64,000 bases of DNA from Terriglobia bacterium (GCA_963666975.2 CAXVYR010000003.1:864001-928000), one strand, 5' to 3'; positions 10,553 to 22,492 are shown, counted from the stretch's first letter. Made by a program: numbers and translations. Notes: generated by a model not told the origin, from the sequence alone.

Positions 10553-11400
10553 TCAGTGGCCGGAACGTATGGCTTGTGCGCGGGCTAACAGTTTCTTTCC
10601 CTCGGAAACCCTCCCCAGCGCCATGTGGATACGTGCCATTTTTTCCAACATTCCGGCCACACGGGGATGGTGCGGTCCGAGCTGTTTTTCCACAATAGCG
10701 AGAGATTGTTTCACAAGGGGTTCTGGTGCGTGATAGTCCCGCTGTTGCTCATAAGCCGTGGCTAAGTTGTTCAGCGATTGGGCAACATCGAGATGATCCG
10801 AGCCGAGGAACTTTTCTCGGAGCTCCAGTGCTTGTCGGTAAAGAGGCTCCGCCTCCGCGGGTTTTCCTTGATCCTGGAACGTTCTCGCTTTTCGGTCCAG
10901 GGATTCAGCAATTGCCAGAGCGCGGGATCGGACGGCAATGCTGCGCGTCCGCACTTGTTCGGCTTCAATCTCCCGTCCCATGGCTCCATAAATTTGAGCC
11001 AGTTTTTCCAGAGTCGGTCCGACATTGGGATCGTCCGGACCGAAAATCGCCTCTCCGATGGCGAGCACGCGCCGATACAAAAGCTCCGCTTCTGCATGTC
11101 GGCGCTGCGAACCGTATAGTTCAGCCAAGTTCTTCAGGGCCGTAGCCAGATTATGCCTCTCCAGCTCTCCCGCGTTTTCCCAAATGGTGGCAGCCTGCTG
11201 ATAGAGGGGCACCGCTTCTTTACTCCCCCCCAGCGCTGTATAAATGTGTGCCAAGTTGTTTAGCGATTGTGCCACTTCGGGGTGGTTGGGCCCGAGAAGC
11301 TTTTTCTGAATGGCCAGAGCCTGCTCTTGGTAGGTTTCGGCACGCATGTAGTGCTGCCGGGCTTCTGACTCTCCAGAGGCGGGATTCATCCAGCACTGGT
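10553..11400 (-). pseudogene. TPR-repeat (kinesin light chain-like) protein, N-terminally truncated
   Basis: Repeated HPEVAQSLNNLA..Y / AEPLYRQAL; no credible start; abuts the truncated methyltransferase. Confidence 0.75.
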
Positions 11401-11404
11401 CCCC

Positions 11405-14400
11405 TTGCACTTCGTGCAGATGGGCGAGCCGGTCGATATCGTCGCCATCGAGGACCTACCGCGCCGCTATCCCGCCCTGAACTTCCTGTTTCCCGACAAC
11501 CCCGAGCCGGTCTTCGGCAACGACCTAGAGGCCGTGTCCCGCGATGCCGCCGATAAGGTAGCACGGCTTTTTAATATGCTCATAGAGCGTGGGGTGGACA
11601 GGGCCGAGGCACAACGCTTTGTCCTACAGGTCGTCATTGCCATGTTCGCCGAAGATATCGGCTTGCTCCCGGCAAGCATCGTCTACAACCTCGTGGATGA
11701 CTGTCTCCACAAAGGCCAGAGCGCCTATGACCTCTTCGGGTCGCTATTCCACCAGATGAATAGCACAAAGCCTGCCACCGGAGGACGCTTCCAGCATGTG
11801 CCGTATTTTGACGGCGGCATATTTCAGACGATTAATTTTATCGACCTGCAACCACCGGAGCTGCAGCTGATTGGCGGTGACGGTGGCGCGGCCACAAAGG
11901 ACTGGTCGAAGGTCAATCCCGCGATCTTCGGTACAATCTTCCAACAAAGCATGGATACTACAGAGCGCCATGCCTATGGCGCTCATTTCACATCCGAAGC
12001 AGACATCTTGCGCATTGTCACGCCCACCATTGCGCGTCCCTGGCGCGAGCGAATTGCAAAAGCATCGACAATGAAGAAACTGCTGGCGCTGCGCGCCCAG
12101 CTAATGAACTTCAAGGTGCTCGATCCAGCTTGCGGCAGCGGCAACTTCCTGTACCTGTCTTACCGCGAGCTGGTGCGCGTGGAGATCGCGCTCATGGCCA
12201 AGCTCAAGGATATGGTCAGTGAAAAGAATTTCCGTGAGCAGGCGAAAACCGTCTCTCTCATTAGCCCGCGCCAGTTCTATGGCATCGACCGCGATTCATT
12301 CGGTGTTGAGCTTGCAAAGGTCACCTTGATGCTCGCCAAAAAGCTGGCGCTCGATGAGGCAATCGAAGTCCTGAAACGCGAGCAGATCGAACTGCCGCTG
12401 TATGGCGATGAAGCCCTGCCGCTCGATAATCTCGACGCCAATGTGATCTGCGACGACGCGCTCTTTGCCGACTGGCCGGAGGTGGATGCCATCATCGGCA
12501 ATCCGCCGTATCAGAGCAAGAATAAGATGCAGCAGGAGCTGGGGCGGGCTTACGTGAACGAGGTGCGCGAGCACTTTCCTGATGTCGATGGCCGGGCGGA
12601 TTACTGCGTCTACTGGTTCCGTAAGGCTCACAATCACCTGAAAAAAGGACAGCGGGCGGGACTCGTTGGCACAAACACGATCCGCCAGAATTATTCGCGT
12701 ACCGGCGGCCTGGATTATATCGTCGGTAATGGCGGCACGATCACCGACGCCGTCTCCAGCATGAAATGGTCAGGCGAAGCCGTTGTGTTCGTGTCCATCG
12801 TAAACTGGATCAATGCCTCTCAGCCGGGCAACAAACGCCTTTACATGCAAGAGGGTAATGACCCCTCCCAGGGCTGGAGCTATAGCGATGTTGATACCAT
12901 CGGCCCAGCGCTATCGTTCGTCAAAGACGTAACTCAGGCCCGGATCATTCAAGCTAACGCAGCCCGCGGCGGCTGCTATCAAGGACAGACCCACGGACAT
13001 CAGGGGTTTCTCTTGACCCTCGAAGAGGCTAACGCAGAAATCTCAACCAACAAGCCCAGTGCCGACGTTCTGTTTCCGTATCTGATTGCCAATGAGCTGA
13101 TTGGCAAGAAGGACTCACTCCCCACGCGCTGTGTGATTGACTTTTACCCGCGTGAATTGCTCGAAGCTCAAACCTACAAGAGCCTCTTTGCACGCATTCA
13201 GAAACTTGTATTGCCTGATCGACAAAGTGCTGCGGACAAAGAGGAAGAGCGCAACACGGAAGCGCTAGCGGTCAATCCTGCCGCCAAGATCAATCACCAC
13301 CACGCGAACTTTCTTAAACGATGGTGGCAGCTTGCCTACCCACGGGACGATATGATCCATAGCGATTTCGCCACTTTCAATATATTGTTGTGAGGGAAGC
13401 AGCGTTTGGACTTCGTATCGAGAATCGTCCCATGCCAAAGCCCATTAGATCGTGAGGAACCCATGATCTTCCGGAAATTCTTCTCGGTCAGCAGAAACGC
13501 TCCTGCCACCCAGCGCAACGTCATCTCGCCGTCGCGCCAGCGGCAAACATTGCCAGTCTTTTTCCGCACGCCCGACTGCGGGCTCTCGATGAGGTTCGTG
13601 GTTGCCAGGCAGCGGTGGAGGCTGGGAGGAACGTCGGCTCGATTGATCGTAAAGGTCTCCTCCAACCCTTCGCGCAAGCTGGCGGCTGCTGCCGGATGAT
13701 CGCACTCGATCATCCCAGCGAGCTTTTTTATGCGCACGATGCCTTCCTCGGCTTGGGGCAATCGCCAGGCGGCGCGCATCAGCGACCGCACCTGATTCGC
13801 CAGCATTTTGTCGCCCTTTGGTAACCGCTCAGCCACGTTGCGCAGCTTATGAGTACGGCAACGCTGCACCAGCTGATTGCTGCCGAATACTTCCTCGATC
13901 CCCGCGCGGAGCGCTTTGGCGCCGTCGATCACAAACAGATAGCGCTGATCCGTGCGCAAACCTTGCTGGCGCAGGCGGGTGAGAAGGTCTTTCACCGCAG
14001 CGGCGTTTTCGGTCGCGCCCAGTTGAATCCCCAGCACATGCTTGCGGCCCTCGCTGTCCACGCCCACGGCGCTGATGACGTGGTGGGAGCCGAACCGCAT
14101 TCCGTCCAGGTAAATCACCAGAATCTCGACCTCCTCCCAGCGCCGCGCCAACAGTTCTTCCAGCCGCCGCGCTCCTTGCTCGGCCGCTTCCCGGCTCACC
14201 TGAGACTTCGACACCCCAGCGCTGTTGGCCATCTCCGGGATCACCTCGCGGTAGTTCCGCGTCGAAACCCCTTTCAACAGTGCCTCGAACATCTCCTCGC
14301 CCGTCTTCTCGCTTTTCCGCAGTGCTTCGTAGGCCGGCACCGCTTCTTCCCCTCCGCCCTTCCGGCGCAGCCGGGGCCGCTCCACCCGCAGCTGGCGATC

Positions 14401-15470
14401 GGCCAGTTTCACCCTCCCCAATTGCCGGCCATGCCAGCGCACCTCTCCGCTCGCCTTCCCGGGACTCTTTGGCCCCGCGATTTGCTCTGCGCTCATGCTC
14501 AGAATCGTTTCAATCAAACCTCGCCCGGCCCGATCAATCACCTCATCCACCGCCAGACGCGCCTCCGTGATCAGATCCACCACCGGCAACAGCATCTGTC
14601 CGTTGGTTTGGCAAAACTTCTGGATGGTTTCTTCGGCTCCCTTGGAACCCAGTTCCAAAACGTGATATTTTCCCTTCATTCGGCGGTTCTCCTTCTATAG
14701 GATTTAGGCTTGGCCCGATTCTATTCGATTCGGGCCGAACCGCCGTTCAACCTTCAACTATGTATGGCGACACCCTCAACTTTCTTAAACGATGGTGGCA
14801 GCTTGCCTACCCACGGGACGATATGATCCAAGCGATTTCAGCTCTTGATCAATATATTGTATGTGGCCGGGTCACATCTAGGCCTATCTTTGAGTTTGTA
14901 TCAACGACAATCCGTCCGAACGACGCGCTGATGGTGTTCCCTTATGATGATGACTATTCGTTCGGAATATTACAGTCAGAGATTCACTGGCTCTGGTTCG
15001 TTAATCGCTGTTCAACGCTAAAAGGCGACCCGCGCTACACGTCAAACACTGTCTTTGACTCTTTTCCCCGGCCTCAAGGCCCCACGGTCAAAGCAGTGCA
15101 AAGGGCCGCTCAGGCAGGCGCTGAATTGCGGGCGCTGCGGAGGGAACTGAAACACCAGCATGACATGTCATTTCGGGAGCTTTACCGGACGCTTGAACTG
15201 CCCGGAGCGTCACCGCTCAAGGATGCGCACGGGAAGCTGGACCATGCGGTGCGCGATTGCTACGGCATGAAGAAGTCAGATGATCCGCTCGCCTTTCTGC
15301 TCGACCTCAATCAGACCGTAGCCAACCGGGAGGACGCCGGAGATTCCGTGGTCGGACCCGGCCTTCCGCCGGTCGTGAAGGACAATTCCAAATTGGTGAC
15401 GGATGACTGCATCAGAATGCCGAATGGTGTAATTGAACCCGACGCTGCTACCCTCGCGGAAGGATCGTAA
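11405..15470 (+). pseudogene. MmeI/YeeA-like (Type IIL) adenine methyltransferase-specificity protein, N-truncated and interrupted by IS256
   Basis: GAHFTS, DPACGSGNFL, GNPPY, ADYCVYWF, TNTIRQ; C-terminal part (STLKGDPRYT..FP) resumes at ~14778. Confidence 0.85.
13360..14777 (-). mobile_element. IS256-family copy 2, right end blended with host sequence
   Basis: Transposase 13336-14679 near-identical to copy 1 except the garbled C-terminus; left IR ends gacaccctc at 14777. Confidence 0.9.
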
Positions 15471-15474
15471 TGTT

Positions 15475-15911
15475 AGAAGCTGCAGCGGTGGCCTCTCTTG
15501 GTGCTTCAACACCTTGCGAAAGAAGCGCTTGGCGGCTCTCTTGTCTCGGTGGCGTGTGACCAAAATATCCAGGACATCGCCGTCCTGGTCCACCGCTCTC
15601 CAAAGATAATGCCGCTCGCCGCGGATCGTGATGAACAGCTCGTCCACATGCCAGATGTCACCGAGACGACCTTGTCGCCGCCGCAGAGTTCGGGTGTACT
15701 CCGGTCCAAACTTCCGGCACCAAGATCGGATGGCTTCGTAGGACACCGTGACGCCACGCTCGGCGAGAAGGTCCTCGCAATCGCGAAAGCTGAGCGTGAA
15801 CCGATGATACAGCCAAACGGCATGGCTGATGATTTCGGGTGGAAACCGGTGCCGTCGATACAGTGATCCCATCGGTCGATTGTCGCCGACGGACGTTAAC
15901 TTGACAATGCC
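15475..15911 (-). mobile_element. IS6-family element, truncated
   Basis: YRRHRFPPEIISHAVWLY..., WHVDE, YLWRAVDQDG; IR ggcattgtcaagttaac at 15895-15911. Confidence 0.88.
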
Positions 15912-16074
15912 CCGCGAGGGGCGCTCCTGACTGATCCTGCACTGTACCTCGCAGCGTCGCTATGCTCCCCTGTGCCAACGCCCCCACACTTGCCCAGAAA
16001 TGCAGCGTGATCAGAAGCACTGCCGAAAGAATCAAACCTTGCGCTACTGACTTGGATGCGTGCATGCTCCGCAC
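15912..16074 (-). pseudogene. N-terminal fragment of a TonB-dependent receptor/carboxypeptidase-regulatory-like domain, cut by IS6
   Basis: Signal peptide then ATLRGTVQDQSGAPL. Confidence 0.6.
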
Positions 16075-16272
16075 TTCCTCGAAAAGGCTGGCCTCAATCT
16101 ATAAAAACTAGAGACGCTCTAATGGGAGCACTTGATAGGTGACGGTGTGAACGAATCTGCCACCGGACCGTCCATGGCTCTGTTCATACGATCTGTGAGG
16201 CGTACAAAACGTCTTTCGGTCCACGAGTCTCGGGACCTGCCATCAATAATCAACCCAGAGTAATAGCACTAA

Positions 16273-16402
16273 CAGCTTGTTGAAAAATCATTTTCGCCTG
16301 CCCGAAAACCACTTTTCTGAAATGCCGTCGAACGAAGAATCAATGGGTTACAACGATTTACGTGCTCGTAGCGTCGTTCAAAATTCTTTTTTCAACAAGC
16401 TG
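16273..16402. mobile_element. 130-bp MITE with 15-bp perfect TIRs and CTAA target duplication
   Basis: ctaa|cagcttgttgaaaaa...tttttcaacaagctg|ctaa. Confidence 0.8.
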
Positions 16403-16425
16403 CTAAGGCTCGTTTCCCATCTACA

Positions 16426-16556
16426 CAGTTCGTTGAAAAATGGTTTCGAAAGGGCTCACAAGACACTGTCAATTCTTGCACGTTGTTGATTCTTTGTTCA
16501 ACGGACACCGGGAAACACTGATTTCGAGCCATTCCAAATAGTTTTCCAACAAACTC
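16426..16556. mobile_element. Degenerate related ~130-bp MITE
   Basis: agttcgttgaaaaa...ttttccaacaaact, followed by ctag. Confidence 0.5.
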
Positions 16557-18392
16557 CTAGAAGATCGGAGAGCGGTAAACTACCCGACCGTCCACTGCGG
16601 TTAGTAGGGTGTTGATATTGACGATTTCTCTTTCCGGAATCGAAAAATAATCCTTATCAATAACGATAAAATCAGCCAATTTCCCTGGCTCGAGAGAACC
16701 CAGCCGGTCGCCGCGAAGAAGGAATTCTGCGGGCCAATTCGTCCAAGCCCGCAAAGCTGTAATGCGGTCGATTCTTTCTTCCGGACTGTAAACTCTTCCA
16801 TTGATCTCTCGGGTCACCCAGGTACCCACCCAAGGCCAAACAGAGTTCCGGTAACTTCGCGGCCAGTTATTGGACCACAAAGATTCACCTATAAATACTT
16901 CTTCGGTGTCGGCATCGGGTGCCAGGCCTATGTGGGCATCTGATGATAAGAAGATGCGTGCGCCGGCGTCCAAGAAACTTTTAACCGGCATTACCCATTT
17001 TAAGTATTGCTCTCCATAATCTTCAATGACCCCGGGTGCCGTACTCGCAAGCTGGGTGGCTTGAAAATTCATCCAGAAGCCATAATGAGCAAAAATTGGA
17101 ATTTGATCTGGCCTGATGATATTGGCGTGATCGAAGCCCATCTTCAGATCTCGAATCTGCTCCAAGGTCGTGCTTTTGTTTCTGATCGCCGTTTCCATGA
17201 TTCGAAAAGCGGCGTCCAAAGCCCGGTCGGTCATCGCATGAACATTGGCCAGCCTCAAGCCGGTCTCCACCGCCGCTAAATGCCCCTGATAATATTTGGA
17301 CTGCGGCAAAATCCCCTGGCAGGCACCCTGAATACGTTTTCGGTCTCGTTCTTGGAGTTCAGGAGTCTTGGCAGGTGCTGTAGGCGGACATCCGGTGCTG
17401 GCCCAGCCCTCATACCCGACGCCGAAATTCCATAGATAATCACTGCCCTGACCGAGAAAGTTGCCGAGCAGTTTGTAATACTCGGCTGGATCTTTCCCCA
17501 AAAATCCACTTTGGTGGTTCCACGCCCAACGCACGGGCATTCTTCCTTGCCGGTCCAAGAGGTTTAACGCATTGTAGATTCCCACATTCTCTTCGCTGTG
17601 GCTAGCTATCGTAGTAACTCCAAAGGATGCCGTTTCTTTCAATTCGTGCAATAACATGTCACCAATTTTCTGCGGATCTGCCCCCAGAATAATGCCGTAA
17701 ACAGTGTCGTACCAGATCCGAAGTCCTGTCTGCTCATATCCCAATTTGTCGAGCATGATCTGTTTAGCTTTGGAATTTGCATACCCGGTGAAAAAGCCTG
17801 CCGTCAGTGCCACCGGGGTGTCGGGAGCTATTCGGTCCAGATCCGCGCGTGCAAGCCCTTCCGGCGATTCAACCAAAAGCTCGTCCATTTCGTGAGGGAT
17901 AGCAACCATAATCCACTTTTCTGGACCGTTCTGTTGGATTCGGCGTCGAATTGCCGGTCCCAATTTCTCTGCCACCTCAGCGATCGTCTTGCCGGGAATA
18001 TAGAGCGGGATGAGACTTTCATCATATTGGCCTCCCCATTGCCACAGACCCCATAAGTGAGGGTGTGAATGGGCGTCGATCATCCCTGGGAGCACCGTTC
18101 TTCCTCTCGCGTTGATCAATTCTGTTTGTGGTCCGGCCAGTTCTTTGATTTCCTGATCGGTGCCCAGCTTCCAGATCTTATTACCCCGGACGGCCATCGC
18201 CTGATGATTGGCTAGATTCTGATCCATAGTGGCAATCTTTCCGTTATGCACAATCAAGGTGGGATAGACCGCCAACTTCTCCAAGGTAGCCATAGATGGG
18301 GTTTGAGCTTGAACTTTTGCCGGTGCCAGCAGAAAAATCATGACAATTGCCAGCCAGGTCGAAGCAGTTGATAAAGTTCCTTCTTTTTTCAT
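16557..18392 (-). CDS. Secreted amidohydrolase, YtcJ-like (paralogue B)
   Basis: Signal peptide; DAHSH, NVH, FDH, SSDAH, GSLEPGKLADF. Confidence 0.9.
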   Translation of the reverse strand: MKKEGTLSTASTWLAIVMIFLLAPAKVQAQTPSMATLEKLAVYPTLIVHNGKIATMDQNLANHQAMAVRGNKIWKLGTDQEIKELAGPQTELINARGRTVLPGMIDAHSHPHLWGLWQWGGQYDESLIPLYIPGKTIAEVAEKLGPAIRRRIQQNGPEKWIMVAIPHEMDELLVESPEGLARADLDRIAPDTPVALTAGFFTGYANSKAKQIMLDKLGYEQTGLRIWYDTVYGIILGADPQKIGDMLLHELKETASFGVTTIASHSEENVGIYNALNLLDRQGRMPVRWAWNHQSGFLGKDPAEYYKLLGNFLGQGSDYLWNFGVGYEGWASTGCPPTAPAKTPELQERDRKRIQGACQGILPQSKYYQGHLAAVETGLRLANVHAMTDRALDAAFRIMETAIRNKSTTLEQIRDLKMGFDHANIIRPDQIPIFAHYGFWMNFQATQLASTAPGVIEDYGEQYLKWVMPVKSFLDAGARIFLSSDAHIGLAPDADTEEVFIGESLWSNNWPRSYRNSVWPWVGTWVTREINGRVYSPEERIDRITALRAWTNWPAEFLLRGDRLGSLEPGKLADFIVIDKDYFSIPEREIVNINTLLTAVDGRVVYRSPIF

Positions 18393-18460
18393 AATTCACC
18401 TTCCTACGCAATGTGATTTCGTTCAATCGCTAACCAGACGAACCAAATTTGTGGAGACAA

Positions 18461-20344
18461 TTAATAACCGGGATCTTTGAAGACTACCCTCCCCCCAATT
18501 ACTGTCATCAGTGTCTTGATATTGAGAATTTCCTCTTCAGGGATCGTGAAGTAATCCTTGTCGATGACCACAAAATCGGCGAGCTTGCCCGGTTCCAATG
18601 ATCCAAGTAGATCCCAACGCAGCAGGTACTGTGCGCCTCCGTTTGTCCAGCCTCGCAGGGCAGTAATCCGGTCGATTCTTTCCTCCGGTACCCATACCTG
18701 TCCGTCAAGTTCCCGCGTCACCCACCAGCCCACCCACGGCCAAACAGAGTCCCGATAGGGAAACCCCGCAGCCAAGTCGTTCCAAAACCGCTCCCCTTTG
18801 TCCGGAAGTGTACCGACGTGAGTATCGGTTCCAAAAACCACCCGCGCGCCCGCGTCGATCAGACTCTTAAGCGGTGCCCTCCACTTCAAATGGTCCTCGT
18901 CCCACAGATTCTCAACAGTTGACCATGCAACTTGGCTCGCTGATCCTGCAAAATGGCACGGTTGAAAATTCAACCAAAAACCGTATTTCACTAAGTTGGG
19001 AATTTGATCTGGCCGAATCCACATATTATGATCAAAGCCCCACCCGGGCTCTCGAATGTTCTTAAGGGTGGTCGCTCCTGAACGAATCAGCTCATCCGCG
19101 AGAGCAATGGCCCTTTCATAACCCAGGTCCCCCGTCAGAGCGTGCACGTCGACCAGACGCAAGCCCGCTTTTGCCGCAGCCAAGTGGCCTTGGTAGCTCT
19201 TCGACTCTCTCGGGATGCACGGATTGTACTTCAAGCGATCTTCTACCTGCTGGGCAGTTTCATTCTTCCGCTTGGCTGACAGGCAGTCTCCAAACGCATC
19301 CCAAGGTTCCCAACCAACTCCGAAATTCCACAGATAGTCGCTGCCTTGGCCAGCAAAATTGCCAAGAAGACGATAGAATTCCGCCGGATCCTTGCCAAAA
19401 AACCCGCTTTCGTGTGACCAAGCAAAGCGGTGTGGCAGGCTACCTTGCTTATCCATCATGTTGAGAGCATTGAAGACTTCAACGTTCAGTTCACCATGCG
19501 TCCCAATCGTCGTAATGCCATACCCAGCAAATTCCTTCATTTCTCGGCCTATCAGGTCGGCCGCCTTTTCAGTCTGGCCAGCCAGGATAATGCCGTAAGT
19601 GGTGTCGTATTCCACACGAACGCCAACCTGCTCATAACCCAGCTTCTCAATCATGATTTCTTTCGCCTTGGTGTTGCCGAAAGCCTGGCAACAACCCGAT
19701 ATCACCACGGTAGGGGTGTTGGGCGCGATCTCATCCATGATGTCACGTGTAATAAGGCCCCCACCAGAACGCGGGGTAGAGTCCGCATTGATGGGATGGC
19801 TGATCAGATTGCTTGCTCGGAACTTATGCGGCACCACGGTGTAGACCCACTTGTCCTCTCCCCGTTGCTGGATGCGCGCTTTCAATGCCGACGCATAGTT
19901 TTCCACTACCTCTTCCGGAGTCTCTCCGTCCACGTACACGGGCTCCAATTGTGGGTCGATGTCTCCCCCATGATGCCACAAGGCCCACATCTGAGGGTGT
20001 GTGTGCACATCAATCAGACCGGGCGTCACCGTCCGGCCTTTTAGGTCAATCAATTGTGTTTGCGGTCCAGCCAGTTCTTTGATCTCCTGGTCTGTCCCGA
20101 GCCTCCAAATCTTGTCGTCCCGAATAGCCATGGCTTGATAAAAGGTCAGGTTCTGGTCCATCGTGGCGATCTTCCCGTTGTACACAATCAGGGTGGGAAA
20201 GACGGCTAACTTATCTAAGACGGCCCTGGACGGGGATTGCGCCTGAGCACTCTTCGCCGCCAAGTAGCTCACGGAGACAAGAAGTAAGAAAGTTATGAGA
20301 GTTGGAACCAAGCTAGATTTTCTCATGATTTTTCCTCCTAACAA
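18461..20344 (-). CDS. Secreted amidohydrolase, YtcJ-like (paralogue C)
   Basis: Signal peptide; DVHTH, DVH, FDH, GTDTH, GSLEPGKLADF. Confidence 0.9.
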   Translation of the reverse strand: MLGGKIMRKSSLVPTLITFLLLVSVSYLAAKSAQAQSPSRAVLDKLAVFPTLIVYNGKIATMDQNLTFYQAMAIRDDKIWRLGTDQEIKELAGPQTQLIDLKGRTVTPGLIDVHTHPQMWALWHHGGDIDPQLEPVYVDGETPEEVVENYASALKARIQQRGEDKWVYTVVPHKFRASNLISHPINADSTPRSGGGLITRDIMDEIAPNTPTVVISGCCQAFGNTKAKEIMIEKLGYEQVGVRVEYDTTYGIILAGQTEKAADLIGREMKEFAGYGITTIGTHGELNVEVFNALNMMDKQGSLPHRFAWSHESGFFGKDPAEFYRLLGNFAGQGSDYLWNFGVGWEPWDAFGDCLSAKRKNETAQQVEDRLKYNPCIPRESKSYQGHLAAAKAGLRLVDVHALTGDLGYERAIALADELIRSGATTLKNIREPGWGFDHNMWIRPDQIPNLVKYGFWLNFQPCHFAGSASQVAWSTVENLWDEDHLKWRAPLKSLIDAGARVVFGTDTHVGTLPDKGERFWNDLAAGFPYRDSVWPWVGWWVTRELDGQVWVPEERIDRITALRGWTNGGAQYLLRWDLLGSLEPGKLADFVVIDKDYFTIPEEEILNIKTLMTVIGGRVVFKDPGY

Positions 20345-20456
20345 GTTGTTGTGCTAGTAGAGTTGGAAGAGAAGGCAAAGCGACACGCTGACGCCACGTT
20401 TTCCTGCCCTTCTTCGGAGCTACACTAATAACCGCTTATTCTGGGTGGCTGCGATT

Positions 20457-22337
20457 TCAGTAGTTCGGAGCCTTGAACACTGTCTTCCCTCCCACGGCGG
20501 TCAACAGGTTCTGGATAGTGTGGATTTGGTCCTCGGGAATCGTGAAATAGTCCTTGTCAATAACGATGAAATCGGCCAGCTTCCCCACCTCCAGCGAACC
20601 AATATCTTTCTCTCGTAACACTTGGTAAGCTGGGTTGATAGTCACCGCCTTCATCAGATCAACCCGATCCATCCGCTCATTTTGGTCGTAAGTAACCCCC
20701 TCATTAGGCATCCGGCGGGTCAGAAAGAACTCCACATAGGGCCAAATCGAGCCATCCCACTCATTGGCGTAGTTCATGTCCTTGAACTCAATAGGAACTT
20801 TGGTTAAGTGCGCATCGGTAGACATCACTACCCGAACCCCCGCGTCTGCCATGGCCTTCATCGGTTCCAGCCAGCCCATGTATTTCTCGCCATAGGTTTG
20901 CAGAAACGGCCCACCATAACTGGACTGCTGAACCCGAAAGCCGCTAAAATTGGGTATGATCCCATACTTAGCTAACGTGGGGCCCTGCTCGGGGCGGATC
21001 ACCGCATTGTGCTCAAACTGAATCCGCGCGGCTTGGACTTCCTCCAGGGTAAGCTTGCCCTCGGCTATCAGACCCTCCAGCATTCGGAATACGATATCGT
21101 AAGTCCCATCGGTGTAGTTGTGCATATACGCCATTCGTAGACCCGCTTCCAACCCTGCCCGCACATTGCGGTAACCCCCAGTGTTCTCATAATCTCTGGA
21201 GTCAGAACAGGGACCGGGACCACTTATCGGTTTGTTGGAGTCGAGGGGCTGGGCTTTGGTACAGCGAAGACCAGGAATACCACCTTCCCAACCTTCATTG
21301 GAAACTCCGGCATTCCAAATATAATCGTTCCCGATCCCCCGGAAGTCGCCCAGGTTGCGATAAAAGAAACTGAGATCGTTGTCATCATTGTTCCAAAGGG
21401 TGCCCACGTACCAAGCCCATCGCACGGGCAGCTCGCCCCGCTGGTAGAGCAGATTGTAGATTTTCATGATGGAGGGGGTACCGTAATAATGGTTGGCGAA
21501 GGTCGTGACTCCTTTAGCAGCCACACATTGCAACAGTTCCCGCTTCAGGAAGTCCATCTTCTCCTCTGTTCGCCCCCGGAAAAGAATGTCATAAGTGACT
21601 GGAGTCCGCGCCCTTAAGCCTACTTCTTCCCGACCCAGGAACTTTATCATCTCCTCCTTGGCTTTGGTGTTGTTGGCCGCAGGCCCAACAGCCTGTCCGG
21701 TCATCACCATGAGGGGGTTGTTCGGTGCCAGCGTGTCCAAATACTCTCTGGTAATTGTGCCCCGAAAGAGAGGGTCTACAATCTCTCGTGATTTGGGCAG
21801 GCTGTCCTTGCCGGCAAACACGAAAACCCAAATCCACTTGCCGGGGCCTAATTCTTGTGCCCTCTGTCGAACTACCCGTTCCAAGGACCGCAGCACTTCA
21901 GCTTGGTCCTTCCCCTTGGCGGCAACAATCTTCAGTTGGGGATCGTTGTATTTCTTGGAGATAAACTCCCCTTCCGCGCCCAACCAGTGCCCCACAGCCC
22001 AGACATGTGGATGGGTGTGGCCTTCAATCAAGCCCGGGAGCACTGTCCGGCCCTTCGCGTCCAGGACCTCAGTGTTCGGACCAGCCAGAAACCGGATGTC
22101 ATTATTGCGGCCCAGCGCCAGAATCCGGTTATTCCTGACCGCCATGGCCTCTACCTCGGTTAGCTGTTCATCCATAGTGGCAATCTTGCCATTGACCACA
22201 ATGAGGTCTGGATAGGCGTTGAGCCGCTCCAGTTTACTCATCAAATCGGCCGCACTTTGCCCGTGCACCCTCCCGGGCACGAGAAGAATAACAAGGGCCA
22301 ACAAAATCGACCCGCTCAAAGAGCCCATTTTTTTCAT
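20457..22337 (-). CDS. Secreted amidohydrolase, YtcJ-like (paralogue D)
   Basis: Signal peptide; EGHTH, YMH, FEH, STDAH, GSLEVGKLADF. Confidence 0.9.
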   Translation of the reverse strand: MKKMGSLSGSILLALVILLVPGRVHGQSAADLMSKLERLNAYPDLIVVNGKIATMDEQLTEVEAMAVRNNRILALGRNNDIRFLAGPNTEVLDAKGRTVLPGLIEGHTHPHVWAVGHWLGAEGEFISKKYNDPQLKIVAAKGKDQAEVLRSLERVVRQRAQELGPGKWIWVFVFAGKDSLPKSREIVDPLFRGTITREYLDTLAPNNPLMVMTGQAVGPAANNTKAKEEMIKFLGREEVGLRARTPVTYDILFRGRTEEKMDFLKRELLQCVAAKGVTTFANHYYGTPSIMKIYNLLYQRGELPVRWAWYVGTLWNNDDNDLSFFYRNLGDFRGIGNDYIWNAGVSNEGWEGGIPGLRCTKAQPLDSNKPISGPGPCSDSRDYENTGGYRNVRAGLEAGLRMAYMHNYTDGTYDIVFRMLEGLIAEGKLTLEEVQAARIQFEHNAVIRPEQGPTLAKYGIIPNFSGFRVQQSSYGGPFLQTYGEKYMGWLEPMKAMADAGVRVVMSTDAHLTKVPIEFKDMNYANEWDGSIWPYVEFFLTRRMPNEGVTYDQNERMDRVDLMKAVTINPAYQVLREKDIGSLEVGKLADFIVIDKDYFTIPEDQIHTIQNLLTAVGGKTVFKAPNY

Positions 22338-22492
22338 GCCTTTCCTCGTTTTTCAAACGTCTTTGAACGTAGTTAATCTCCCGAGAAGATCTTTTCGGAC
22401 TCCTCACGGTTTGCTGCAGGCACGCTTCCGATCCTCAGGACACGGAATTATGGTACTTTGTCAAGCCGATAACCACAGTTAGTAATCGGGAG

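Noticed and set aside
20335-20455. Integron attC site between amidohydrolase genes
   Set aside because: No properly paired RYYYAAC/GTTRRRY ends, no equivalent site between the other genes and no integron integrase
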